Shown piece by piece: positions 21,238 to 32,180 of a DNA stretch of 64,000 bases. Below the pieces are notes generated by a model. That model ran no database searches, was not told where the DNA came from, and saw nothing but the letters and a program-made list of their open reading frames with translations. The position numbers and the translations under genes were made by a program. How positions within the stretch are numbered: the first letter of the stretch is position 1; each line of letters opens with the position of its first letter. Source of the stretch: a virus; the IMG/VR virus record IMGVR_UViG_3300024999_000065, positions 1 through 64,000 of that record; one strand, 5' to 3'.

Positions 21238-22809
21238 TTAGTTAAAGAAAGAAGGGACACTTCCTGGAATTACTTTCTTTTCTTTTTCCTTAATTGCAAT
21301 AAACATATCATTCTTAGTATTAGTTTCTACAGATGCATCTTTAGCAACCAATTCCTTAAATTTCTTAGCACATAATTCTGCTTCTGCTCTTTTTAAACCT
21401 TCTAAATCAACAGCATCTACAAATGATTTAAGTGAATTAACTTCAGATTCTTCAAAACCATTCTTAGTAATTTCTGTTTCAAAATAAGAATTAACTTCTG
21501 CAATTTTTGCTTCTGATTCCAATTTTGTTTTCTCTTCTCTGAAAGAATTAACTTCTACAATAAGAGATTCTTTTTCAGTTTTCTCAGATTCAAGTAGTTT
21601 ATTAACCTCTACAATAGTAGTATTTAATTCTGCAACTTTATCATCTGATTCTTTTACCTTTTCAGTCAAACTATTAATTTCTATTACTTTTTCCTCTGAA
21701 AATTTAGTAAGAGTATTGATTTCTACTTCTTTTTGCTCCAAAGATTTAGTTAATGTATTAATTTCATTAATCTTATCTTCGATTTTTTGATTAAGTTCTA
21801 ATACAATTTTTTCATCCATTTTGTTTTTGTCAGCCTCCTTATATTTATTTATTATATTTTTAATTGGTGTATTAACTTCGATAGATTCTTCACCATTTAT
21901 CGGTTTCCAATCTTCCTCGACTTTCGTTATACTACCAAGTAAAACTTCACCATTTTCAACTGTATATGTAATTTGAAAATATTCACCAGTTTTATCCCAA
22001 CTTTTCATAATAAATGTTGATATAGTTGGATAAAATTTATAAACATAATAATAACAATAATTTGATTCATTTTCATTCATTTTTTTATTGAACTTATTTT
22101 CAATAATCGTTGAAATATCACTATAATTCATAGCATTTATTTCAATGATGTTTTTATCTTTATTAACTGGCAATATAATATCCTCCTTTCTTTTAATATT
22201 AAGTTCTAATAATAATGCGTTCTGATCAGCGGGAACTTCACCAATCACCAAAGCATGTCCACTATACTGATATTCTTTAGGTTTTCTTCCTTGTTTTTTC
22301 CACCCTCCATCATATATTATTTTTTTATTACCTTTTTCCTGATCTGCACAAATTTCAACAGATCCTTCAATCGGTATTCCTTCATTATATTGTTCTTGCA
22401 AATAAGCAACAAGTTCTGGAAATCTTTGGTCATACAAATAACCTGTACCAACTAATGCATCTATGTTTTTATTATTTACTTCAATATTTTCTATAATTTC
22501 TGCACTTTCAAAAGAACCAACAACTAAACTATCTTCAAAAATAATTTTATTTTCTTCGATAATTTCCATATTTCCATGTGATCCAAAAGGAATTTTATGT
22601 TCATTATCTATAAATTGTGCAACTATAGGCATACCATTTACAGAATGCATATTAATTTCTGTAAAATCCCTCATCCATGAAATACCATTTCCATTAAAAT
22701 CATTTTCATCCTTATTAATTGAATGTAAAATAAGTTTGACTGGTGTTCTGCCAGCTTTAGATGTTTTTTTAGATATTTCTATAATTGAATTATTCGATTT
22801 TATCACCAC
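21238..22809 (-). CDS. prohead protease/scaffold (YonD-like)
   Basis: N-terminal protease-like domain (GSHG, GSVEI, GHAL...PAD) plus long C-terminal coiled coil. Confidence 0.65.
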   Translation of the reverse strand: MVIKSNNSIIEISKKTSKAGRTPVKLILHSINKDENDFNGNGISWMRDFTEINMHSVNGMPIVAQFIDNEHKIPFGSHGNMEIIEENKIIFEDSLVVGSFESAEIIENIEVNNKNIDALVGTGYLYDQRFPELVAYLQEQYNEGIPIEGSVEICADQEKGNKKIIYDGGWKKQGRKPKEYQYSGHALVIGEVPADQNALLLELNIKRKEDIILPVNKDKNIIEINAMNYSDISTIIENKFNKKMNENESNYCYYYVYKFYPTISTFIMKSWDKTGEYFQITYTVENGEVLLGSITKVEEDWKPINGEESIEVNTPIKNIINKYKEADKNKMDEKIVLELNQKIEDKINEINTLTKSLEQKEVEINTLTKFSEEKVIEINSLTEKVKESDDKVAELNTTIVEVNKLLESEKTEKESLIVEVNSFREEKTKLESEAKIAEVNSYFETEITKNGFEESEVNSLKSFVDAVDLEGLKRAEAELCAKKFKELVAKDASVETNTKNDMFIAIKEKEKKVIPGSVPSFFN

Positions 22810-22839
22810 CTTTATATAATTATAATATTATTTATTAAG

Positions 22840-23879
22840 TTAATTATTCAAAACCCATTTATAGCCTTTATATTGAGGTTTTATATTTTTAATACATTGG
22901 TATATTGCAGAATTATTATAATTTAATTCCTTACAAATATCAGATACATTATTCCAAATCTTTATTAAGTTTCCTTTTAAATCATATTGTAAAATTGAAT
23001 TATATTGACTATTTCTTTTAATTTCTAAATTAAAAATTTCATCATTATTATAATCTTTTATAAATCTCCAAATAAAATTTTTATATGTTTTTCTTTCACC
23101 ATTACAACATCTAGAAATACTATTTATATTACAATTATAGTAATCAGCTATTTCTCTTGTATTATTCCATTCTTTAATAATATTTCCACTCTTATCAATT
23201 TGATAAACAGGAAAATTTTTATTATGAGTAACTTTTCCTATATTTTGACATTTAGTATAACTCCATTGATACCCTTTATGTGTACCAAAACCATCTAAAC
23301 AACATCAGGATTAAAATTATATTCTTTTAGAGAAATTATTCCTTTATATTCTTTAATAAATTCTCCATTTAAAGAATATTGATATACGTATTTTTTACGT
23401 GATTCACTCATTTTCTTTTTTGTTTGTTCTGATGCTTTTTTATTAAGATGAGAATTCTTCAATTTAATTCTTGTCTCTTCTGTTATTGCTAAATGTGGTG
23501 GTCTACCAGCAATTGGATTAATATTATAACCAATACTACTATCATGACATTGTGTTTTATCTAACCAATACTGCTCTCTATTAATAAGCATATCTATATT
23601 CTCTACTTGTTCCAACACTAAAAATAAAAATTTATCTTTATCAAAAATTTTATTATATGATCTTTGTAAATAAACATTATAATGATTACCATTTATTAAA
23701 TTATTATAATGTCTTTTATATCTTTTATAAATATTTTGACTACTGCCTATGTAATATTTATTATTATTTAAATTATAAATAATATAAACTCCTGAGTATT
23801 TATCATTGGTATCTATTATTTTTAAATTACCAAATTGATCTATTTTATAAGTATTAATTATTTCATTCATTTTTATCAT
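22840..23879 (-). pseudogene. GIY-YIG homing endonuclease with NUMOD repeats, frameshifted near 23300
   Basis: SGVYIIYN...YYIGSS; a second frame continues CCLDGFGTHKGYQW...VYQIDKSGNIIKEW...YKGYKW to TAA 22840. Confidence 0.7.
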
Positions 23880-24017
23880 CCCTTTCTAATGAATTTCTTT
23901 CTTCCTTTCATAGTTTGAAATTAAACAATAAAAGAAGGAGAGCGAAAGGTACTCTCCTTGTTAATAAGGTTAATTACTCCTTATCTATCTTTTATAAAAT
24001 TGACTAAATATTAAATA

Positions 24018-25646
24018 TTAATCTGTACTTTGCTTTTTCTGTTTATTACTACCTAAATTGCGTTGAATTTGGCCTCCTGGTTTTAAATCTTTAGTTTTTT
24101 TTAATGGTGCTCCACCTTTATCATTTATATCTCCACCATTTGAATTGAATGATGTGGCATGTACAGGATATTTATTTTCAAAATCTTCATCTAATTCTTC
24201 ATCCATTAAACTTAAATAATCATCAACATCAACGCCCAAAGTAGATATCCAGAATTTTAATGAACCTCTTCCTTGAGTATATAATTTTTCTGCTTTTTCA
24301 AACATATCATCCTTATTTAACCAAGAAATAGGCAAATACTTAATATCTATATAATCTTTAGGTTTAATATTTAATAATTCATTAATAACTCTTGTATATT
24401 CTCTAGCTATCTCATTAACTGATTGAAATACTTGTGAAGATACTAAATCTAAATTAACTGCTAAATTTGCATATGAACTTCCACCACTTGATTCTGCGTT
24501 TAATGCACTACTAGCAAAACCTAAACTTGTACTTATCTTCTTCATATTTTCATCGCTTAAAGTATTTTCAATTAACGAAGAATCTTTACTTAATCTATCA
24601 ATTTTTGTACCTGGAGCAAGAGACAAAGTTGAAATTTTAGCAGTATTACCGTTTGTATTAACTTTAACAGCATTTTTAAATGCTTCTATTATATTATCTT
24701 GTTGTGTTTTATTTAAACTGCAAGACCCTGCTTTTTCTCCTTCTGGTAGAATAAGGAAATATATACTACTAGCTAATTCACAAATTAACTGATATTGACT
24801 ATCATCATAATCTCCACTTAATTTCATATCTGTAAATGCAGAAAGTCCTAAAGGTCTACCATATGGTTCATCCTCTTTTGCTTTAGATTTTAATGCAATT
24901 GTTTTTCTATAATCAAGAATAAACCATCTTTTACTAGCATCTTTTTTATAATCCATATATGCTTTTATAAAATCTTTAGGATAATTTTTAATTTCATTTA
25001 TTAATCCACCATATTTAAATTGATCAAAATACATCATATCAAATGCTGCAATAGATATATTATTTTGAAATCCAATTATTTTACAATAATCTAAATCTAA
25101 AGGTTGTATCATAAAATTATCATCTAATGATAATCCTTCAATTCTATCAATTGAATCTACTATTACTGCTCCGGTATCAATTTTTTTATTACTTGCTGTG
25201 GTATCTCTCAATATACCAATATATGTTCCAAAAATATATAAATTTCTCAATATATCTCTTGTTGATCTATCGTGATTTAATAATTTTAATAGTAAATTAA
25301 ATTTTTTCTTTTTTTCTTTTAATTTATCTGTTTTATTTCTCATAGTTGTTATATGAGATAATATTGGTATGGCAATCATATAATCAACTATGTTAGAATA
25401 TATCCCTTGTTCGTTATATGCTTGTTCAGATATAGTCCTTAATATTTCATTATATATCATAGGATATTTTATATATTGTTTTAAATCACTCATAGATATA
25501 TAATCTGTATCTAATCTACTCATTGAAAAAGAATTATAAGATAATGAATTTAATTCTATTTCATTAGAATTAGATAGTGGGGGAGATGTATTAGTATTTA
25601 TTTCTGTTTGCTGTGTTTGAGGATCTTCTATTTGTTTTTTTGACAA
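24018..25646 (-). CDS. portal protein (YonE-like)
   Basis: 542 aa directly after terminase; PYGRPL motif. Confidence 0.7.
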   Translation of the reverse strand: MSKKQIEDPQTQQTEINTNTSPPLSNSNEIELNSLSYNSFSMSRLDTDYISMSDLKQYIKYPMIYNEILRTISEQAYNEQGIYSNIVDYMIAIPILSHITTMRNKTDKLKEKKKKFNLLLKLLNHDRSTRDILRNLYIFGTYIGILRDTTASNKKIDTGAVIVDSIDRIEGLSLDDNFMIQPLDLDYCKIIGFQNNISIAAFDMMYFDQFKYGGLINEIKNYPKDFIKAYMDYKKDASKRWFILDYRKTIALKSKAKEDEPYGRPLGLSAFTDMKLSGDYDDSQYQLICELASSIYFLILPEGEKAGSCSLNKTQQDNIIEAFKNAVKVNTNGNTAKISTLSLAPGTKIDRLSKDSSLIENTLSDENMKKISTSLGFASSALNAESSGGSSYANLAVNLDLVSSQVFQSVNEIAREYTRVINELLNIKPKDYIDIKYLPISWLNKDDMFEKAEKLYTQGRGSLKFWISTLGVDVDDYLSLMDEELDEDFENKYPVHATSFNSNGGDINDKGGAPLKKTKDLKPGGQIQRNLGSNKQKKQSTD

Positions 25647-25717
25647 TTAAATCCTCCTTTCTTTATTGATATTATAAATTTTTATAAATGTCAATTAATT
25701 ATATTAATAATGTGTTA

Positions 25718-27454
25718 TTATGAAAATGAAAATACGAAATCATAATCTGAATCTTTTACATTTTTCCTATTTTCTTCTTCCATTTCATTTACAATAGAAA
25801 TACCGTATGCTAAACTTGTTGCTCTATCTCTTTTTACTGTTTTTACAATACGATCATAAATAATATTTCCAGAATTACTCATTATTTGTTTAATATTAGA
25901 CAATTCTTGAATCATTAAATCTGTTTGAATATACATTAAAAATTCTTCAATACTCATTTGATCAGATTTATATGCTTCATCCATTTCAGTTGAATGTTTC
26001 AATAGTCTTAAAGATCCATTCTCAAAACTTGCTTTTAAATATGTATGCATTGTATTATTACTGCTCTGAGTAGCAGTAATTCCTCTAATTATTGGTACAG
26101 CATTCCTTATACTAATACCTTTTTCATCATTATCTAATACAAGAGGAGGAAATTCTAAAATTTCTTTTGTTTTTTCATCTTTATATTCCCAGGACTCATA
26201 GAACAATGATGGTAGAGGTTCTCCATTGCCTCTCATATCAATAATTATTTTAATTGCATTAGGAAATTTCAGATGATATAATTCTCTTATAAAATCTTTT
26301 TGATCAGGAAGTGTCATTCCATTGTGAGTTTTAGTATAAACAACATCTTTAAAATATGTACCATTACTTCTTTCTTTTAATTTTATAACATGAGTACACG
26401 CATTATCAGAATTTTTAGCATCAGAAATAGCAACGTCATGCACAATAATATATTGAGATTTACTTTTTTTAGGCTGTGTTAATTCACATTGATCTAATGT
26501 TCTACAAGGGTTTGTAACATCATAAGGATAATAACTTTCTCCGCTAGAACCTACAAATTGACCACAGTATTCATAAAGAAATATTTCTTCAGTAGTATCT
26601 GGTTTATTTCTTTCTTCTTCAATATCTTCTGCATCAAATATCATAGATTCAATTCCAACTTTATAATCTAATGCACATACAAAATAATTTTTATTTCCTT
26701 CCTTCATTTTATCAAAAAAATAAGTAAATCTTTTATATAAATCACTTGTTTTTAAAAAAGCAGAAGATATAAAAATAACTTTACCTTTTTCTGATTGCAT
26801 ATGATCAATCGCAACAGGTCTTTTAGTTTTTGTCATCGGAATTAAAATTGTTGATATTATAGAATCTAGAACTAGACGAGCCTCATCAATTAACAAATAA
26901 TGGAATCTCCAACTTCTCGCTCCATCACCTTGATTTCTTCCTAATACAATTGCTCTTATTTCACTACCATTTCTAAAATTTACAACACAATCACTAGCAC
27001 TTGTATTTATTGGGAATACTATTTCCCTTGCTATATTTGGATTATTGGCAAGTTCTCCCTTAATTTTTTGAACAATTACGTTTCTAGCTTGTTGCCCTTG
27101 ACCTGACGCTATTCCACATTTAAGTCCCTTGTAAAGAATAGCAGAACAAACAAAGAAAACAGCACTTATCCAAGATTTACCAAGTCCTCTGCAACATATT
27201 AGCATCGTATACTGATATCTTGCCATTGCCCTAAGTATTAATCGTTGGAAAAGATGAAGCTTCAAACCCAAAATATCAATGGCAAATTTATCCAAATGGA
27301 TTCTATAGTATGCTATGAATTTTTTCCATTCTTCATCATTAAGATTATCACTTTCATTATTAATTGGATCGTAACTAAAACTACTATCTAAATTATCATA
27401 ATCACCATCTTTTATACGCCTACTTTTATGACTAAAATTTTTAAATACTGCCAA
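25718..27454 (-). CDS. terL: terminase large subunit
   Basis: Walker A RGLGKS, Walker B LLIDEAR, C-terminal nuclease acidic residues (HDVA...D, KRDRAT). Confidence 0.85.
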   Translation of the reverse strand: MAVFKNFSHKSRRIKDGDYDNLDSSFSYDPINNESDNLNDEEWKKFIAYYRIHLDKFAIDILGLKLHLFQRLILRAMARYQYTMLICCRGLGKSWISAVFFVCSAILYKGLKCGIASGQGQQARNVIVQKIKGELANNPNIAREIVFPINTSASDCVVNFRNGSEIRAIVLGRNQGDGARSWRFHYLLIDEARLVLDSIISTILIPMTKTKRPVAIDHMQSEKGKVIFISSAFLKTSDLYKRFTYFFDKMKEGNKNYFVCALDYKVGIESMIFDAEDIEEERNKPDTTEEIFLYEYCGQFVGSSGESYYPYDVTNPCRTLDQCELTQPKKSKSQYIIVHDVAISDAKNSDNACTHVIKLKERSNGTYFKDVVYTKTHNGMTLPDQKDFIRELYHLKFPNAIKIIIDMRGNGEPLPSLFYESWEYKDEKTKEILEFPPLVLDNDEKGISIRNAVPIIRGITATQSSNNTMHTYLKASFENGSLRLLKHSTEMDEAYKSDQMSIEEFLMYIQTDLMIQELSNIKQIMSNSGNIIYDRIVKTVKRDRATSLAYGISIVNEMEEENRKNVKDSDYDFVFSFS

Positions 27455-27462
27455 ATTATCAC

Positions 27463-28296
27463 CTACAATGACTTATGTATATTATTAAATTGATCTAACA
27501 AATGCTCAATAGCATCTTTTTCAAATTCATCTGGTTCGTATATCCAACACTTACTTTCAATTTTATCAACTACTTGGCTAATACTATTTATCCCTGCACT
27601 CATACTTGATCTAGAATTTTCACTAAATTGTGCAGACTTAGATAAAGTATCAAAAGTAGCTTGTAAATCTTTATATTTTTTATCTGCTCCTGTTGTTCCA
27701 TCTAACATTTCTTGATATGCTTTATTAACCGCTAAACTAGCACAACATATTTTTTTTGCATAATCCTTATAACTTGTGGTATTAATTTTAAAATCATTGT
27801 GCAATCCAGTTAAATATTTATTTAAATAATTTATATCTGTTTGCGTATATCTACCATTCCATTCTTCACTATATATTCTTGTTTGATCTTCAAAAACTGT
27901 TTGTGTACCTTGTAAAGAATTTCTGTCAAATATACTATTATTAAATCTTAATATTCCTTGCTTTTTCCACTGTTGCATCGATGAATTTTTAAAATACAAA
28001 CCAAGAATTTTTTTATTATCTTTTTCTTTCTCATATGTACTAAAAAATACTTCTTCAATATATGGTCTATCTAATAATTCACATATTTTTATAACTGCTC
28101 CTCTTATATCAGAACCACTTTGTATATGTGCATTAAATAATTCGTAGATACAATTTTTACATGTTGGGAAATATTCACCATATAAAGGATTATCAGTTTT
28201 AAAAAAATTACTTATAATTGCTGATTTTATTAATCCACATTTACTACATGTAATTTCATTACGTTTTATTTTAGTTATATTTTTATTTGTTGCCAT
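27463..28296 (-). CDS. Zn-finger protein upstream of terL (possible terminase small subunit, YonG-like)
   Basis: CSKC...CKNC; synteny. Confidence 0.45.
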   Translation of the reverse strand: MATNKNITKIKRNEITCSKCGLIKSAIISNFFKTDNPLYGEYFPTCKNCIYELFNAHIQSGSDIRGAVIKICELLDRPYIEEVFFSTYEKEKDNKKILGLYFKNSSMQQWKKQGILRFNNSIFDRNSLQGTQTVFEDQTRIYSEEWNGRYTQTDINYLNKYLTGLHNDFKINTTSYKDYAKKICCASLAVNKAYQEMLDGTTGADKKYKDLQATFDTLSKSAQFSENSRSSMSAGINSISQVVDKIESKCWIYEPDEFEKDAIEHLLDQFNNIHKSL

Positions 28297-28343
28297 TTAA
28301 AATAACTCCTTTGGTTAATTATTTAATAAATAAAATAAACAAT

Positions 28344-29564
28344 TTAATTAATTGTTTTCAACACATTACAATATTTATATTTATTATCTAATAAATTATC
28401 AAATTCAAAATTTTTATATCTTTGTGTAAATTCATTGAATTGTTCTGGTGTATTCTTTCCAAATCCATAATTTTTGTGAAAAATTACATGCAAACTATTA
28501 ATAATACAAACACCAAGATATTTTTTATGTTTTTCAATACATTGAATTTTAAAAATTTCTAACTCGTCTTTCTCATATTCAGATATTGATTGTTTAAAAA
28601 TTAAATTATTTTCATTTAAAATTTCTTCTAATATTAAATCAAATCCAAATAAATGATGTATTATATCAAATCGTTGATTAGTTAAAACACATTTATAATT
28701 ACAATTCTTCATAGATTCTTTTTTCCAATCAACAATACAATTTCTTAAATATTCATATAAAGATGATCTTCCACCTTTCCAATTATGATTATTTTCTCCT
28801 GAATTCCTTTCAATAGCACATATAGGACATCCACTACCGCTTACTAAATTACTATATGAAGTTTGTTGAATATCATTTTTATGAAATGGACATATATATT
28901 TTAAATTTGATTCATTATTTATATAATCTTCTTTAGTGGATGTAAGAATATATTCTCTTTGTTTAAATAATTCTTCTACTATACTAAAATCCATTCTTTT
29001 TTGTTGACTTAACTTGTCATATGAACAATACTTACAACCTTGATTTTTATATTTAAAATTTCCATATTTAATAGATTGAATACCTTTATCTTTATGACTT
29101 GGACAAATAAATTCCATATAATCATCTGGACTATAATATTCTTTTGTTAATAAAATTAAATTTCTTTCTTCAAATTCTTTTCTAACTAAATTAATATTAT
29201 TTTTACGAATACTATTTACAATTTTTTCATGAATTACTGGAACTTTAACTGAAGATTTTACACCTTTCTTTAATAAACATAATTCAACTTGTTTATCATG
29301 TTTATGCTTTTCACAAGCATCTTTAATTATTGGTTGATTTTTATGACTAATAATATATTTATAATATGGTTTTGGTATTATTGTTTCTATCCCTTCTTCT
29401 AAACAATAATCACACAAACATTCAATTCCTATATTGCTACCTTCTAACAATTTATTAACATCTATTGTATGAACTTTATTATATTCCCATTTTAATCCTA
29501 AACTTTTTATGTATGGTTTGTTGTTAGACAAGCATGTTACCTCGACCTCTTTTGTAATTAACAT
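28344..29564 (-). CDS. HNH-type homing-endonuclease-like protein
   Basis: GENNHNWKGG; CVLT...IHH...LH..FH..YG. Confidence 0.65.
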   Translation of the reverse strand: MLITKEVEVTCLSNNKPYIKSLGLKWEYNKVHTIDVNKLLEGSNIGIECLCDYCLEEGIETIIPKPYYKYIISHKNQPIIKDACEKHKHDKQVELCLLKKGVKSSVKVPVIHEKIVNSIRKNNINLVRKEFEERNLILLTKEYYSPDDYMEFICPSHKDKGIQSIKYGNFKYKNQGCKYCSYDKLSQQKRMDFSIVEELFKQREYILTSTKEDYINNESNLKYICPFHKNDIQQTSYSNLVSGSGCPICAIERNSGENNHNWKGGRSSLYEYLRNCIVDWKKESMKNCNYKCVLTNQRFDIIHHLFGFDLILEEILNENNLIFKQSISEYEKDELEIFKIQCIEKHKKYLGVCIINSLHVIFHKNYGFGKNTPEQFNEFTQRYKNFEFDNLLDNKYKYCNVLKTIN

Positions 29565-29867
29565 TTTATCACCAAATCCCTTCTATTTTATTTTCCCTTT
29601 CTGCTTTTTCTATACATTTTCTATACTTATTAATTAAAAATAAAAAGAATTGGTGCATACGCAGAAAGGAAAGAGGGAGCTACCCTCTAATCATCTACAC
29701 CAATTCAAAAAACAATATTATATTTATAACCTAATACTAACCTACTAACCTAAAAATATCACAACCAAATCTCACTTCTATCACTATTTTAAAACATAAT
29801 AAAACCCACCTAAAGTATAGATGGATTCTATATATCTTAAATTAAATTTAATTATCTTTATATTATT

Positions 29868-30593
29868 TTATTCTACTAATGCTTCATCCATCAATTCTCT
29901 CATAAAGCAACAATGATCATTCCATCCAATACTTTTACCTGTCTTATACAATCTATATAATTCATTTCTTAATTCTGCACCACATTTAATATTCATAACA
30001 TTATCCGTAAATTCTTCAATTAGATCAATTTCTGCTAATTGTTCATCGGTGAATTCTCCGTTTTCAGATTCACATGTACATTGACAATCATTGCAACTAC
30101 AATCTTCTAATTCCTTATTAAATTCATCTTCATCATAATCTTCAATAAAATTATCAGCGAATTCATCTAAGATAGATTTAATAGAATTTTTATTTCCATT
30201 TGTTTCTTGAATTCTTTCCACAAAAATTTCTAACAATTCATCATAATCAAATTCTTCTACTTTACAATCTTCACATTCACAACAATCATTCTCACAATCA
30301 CAAAAATCATTACAACATTCATCACAATTCATATATTTACAATCATCATCACAACTATCATATTTCTTTTTATCTTTGTATTTACATTCATCACATTCAC
30401 AAACTTCATCTTCATCAACGTATTCATAAGGATTATCTTCTACTTTTTCTTCTTCATCCTTATTATATTCTTCTAAACCACCAATAAAATCCATATAAGA
30501 TTCAAAATCCACTTCTTCACCATCAATATAAAATTTACTCAATACATGTTCAAAAGTTTCATCATCATAGTAATGTTTGGTTGTTAGTTGCAT
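29868..30593 (-). CDS. acidic Cys-rich hypothetical protein
   Basis: ORF with SD; dense CxC/CC clusters in a D/E-rich sequence. Confidence 0.6.
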   Translation of the reverse strand: MQLTTKHYYDDETFEHVLSKFYIDGEEVDFESYMDFIGGLEEYNKDEEEKVEDNPYEYVDEDEVCECDECKYKDKKKYDSCDDDCKYMNCDECCNDFCDCENDCCECEDCKVEEFDYDELLEIFVERIQETNGNKNSIKSILDEFADNFIEDYDEDEFNKELEDCSCNDCQCTCESENGEFTDEQLAEIDLIEEFTDNVMNIKCGAELRNELYRLYKTGKSIGWNDHCCFMRELMDEALVE

Positions 30594-30670
30594 GTTTTAG
30601 ATTTCTCCTTTAAATTTATAAATTATTTTATAATTGTAATATTATTATTTTAATATCTATAATCTACTAA

Positions 30671-31951
30671 TTACAACATTTCTTTTTCCTTTAATATTGT
30701 CGCATTTTTAGATGATTCAATACTTGCATTAGCATTTATATTTGTTATTTGCACACTATGATCAACATTCATTTTATTAATTAAATCTATTTTATTATTA
30801 ATTAAATATTTCCAAGTTTCTTCATTATTGTCTGTAAAATATGGAATTATAAGATATTCATAACCTTTAGATAAAGCGTATTCTTCTTTATATTTATCTT
30901 TTTCTTGTTGGTATTTAAATTCTTGTTCAGGTGTCGTATTATATTTTTTTGATTGTAATTTATGAAAATATGATAATTCATAATGTTGTATACCATGTAC
31001 TTCAATAATTAAGTGTTTATTATTTATTATAATCTCATTGTCATATTTTAAAATTCCGAAATTCCTTTTTATAATTAAACTATTAGGAGCAATTATTATA
31101 TTAATTGGATTTAAGGTACATTTATTTTCATGTAAAATTTTATAATTTAAACTTTCCAAATATAATCTAACTTTTTCTTGAAGTAAACTTTCATCTCTTT
31201 CCCTTACACATTCGGGACATCTATAACCACAATTATTTGAACTTTGTATATTCCTATAATAATCATCATGCTTTCCTTCTGGACATTTCCACCATACCCA
31301 TTGATTACTATTAATTCCGTAATCATAAACAGTATCTTTATTTTTATCAGACCATATATTTAATACTTGTGGATATAAATGTCCTAAACTATCTAAATAA
31401 TGTAATTTATAAGTTCCACAATATGAACATCTGCGATTTTCAATAAACATATGACATGATATTTCATAACTGCCATGATAATCTTTTTCCTGACATTTAA
31501 TCCATACTTTAGGTTTATTACACCCTTTTGTTATCTTCCAAGGATCAATACCTAACTCATTATTTTTATCCCAATCCCAATACTTATCAAGAAAATCTTC
31601 ACCTAAATTATTAATACCCCATTGGGCAAAAGAATCTCCGTTATTAATTTTTAATAATCTTTTCTTTACACTTCCTTTTAAAATTGCAGAACATTTTTTA
31701 CAATAATGTTTTTCTTTTTTTAAATAATTACACCAACTAATATTTAAAATAGTTTCACAATTATTTTCATCACAATTGTTTCCGTCACATTTTACTTCAA
31801 CCATAACACTACTACCATCACATAAATCGTTAACATTTACTAAAAATTCATCATATAATTTAGTAAATTTATGTCCTAAATTTTCATAATGTTTTTTAGT
31901 CCTAGAATTCCATGTTGTAGTTACTACTGTTGAAATTAATATATAAAACAT
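30671..31951 (-). CDS. homing-endonuclease-like protein, paralog of 17935..19314
   Basis: SFAQWGI.N.GEDFLDKYWDW and KVWIKCQEKDYHGSY shared. Confidence 0.7.
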   Translation of the reverse strand: MFYILISTVVTTTWNSRTKKHYENLGHKFTKLYDEFLVNVNDLCDGSSVMVEVKCDGNNCDENNCETILNISWCNYLKKEKHYCKKCSAILKGSVKKRLLKINNGDSFAQWGINNLGEDFLDKYWDWDKNNELGIDPWKITKGCNKPKVWIKCQEKDYHGSYEISCHMFIENRRCSYCGTYKLHYLDSLGHLYPQVLNIWSDKNKDTVYDYGINSNQWVWWKCPEGKHDDYYRNIQSSNNCGYRCPECVRERDESLLQEKVRLYLESLNYKILHENKCTLNPINIIIAPNSLIIKRNFGILKYDNEIIINNKHLIIEVHGIQHYELSYFHKLQSKKYNTTPEQEFKYQQEKDKYKEEYALSKGYEYLIIPYFTDNNEETWKYLINNKIDLINKMNVDHSVQITNINANASIESSKNATILKEKEML

Positions 31952-31987
31952 CTCCTTTTTTATGAATTTTTTGCAAATAAAAAACTG

Positions 31988-32152
31988 CTACTTGGTAATA
32001 GCAGTTAAATCATTTCTTAATTTTTCAGTGTCTTCAAAAACAAAAACGGTTTCATTCAGATTATATTTATTTGGTTTAATATCAATTATTTGATTTCCTT
32101 TGTGTAATAATGTTCTTGCAATAGGAGGTTTAATTATAACTTTATAATTCAT
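31988..32152 (-). CDS. small hypothetical protein (MNYKVIIKPPIARTLLHKG..., 54 aa)
   Basis: GAGGT SD; below the ORF-track size cut-off. Confidence 0.55.
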   Translation of the reverse strand: MNYKVIIKPPIARTLLHKGNQIIDIKPNKYNLNETVFVFEDTEKLRNDLTAITK

Positions 32153-32180
32153 ATTCATACCTCACAATTATATTTTAAGT

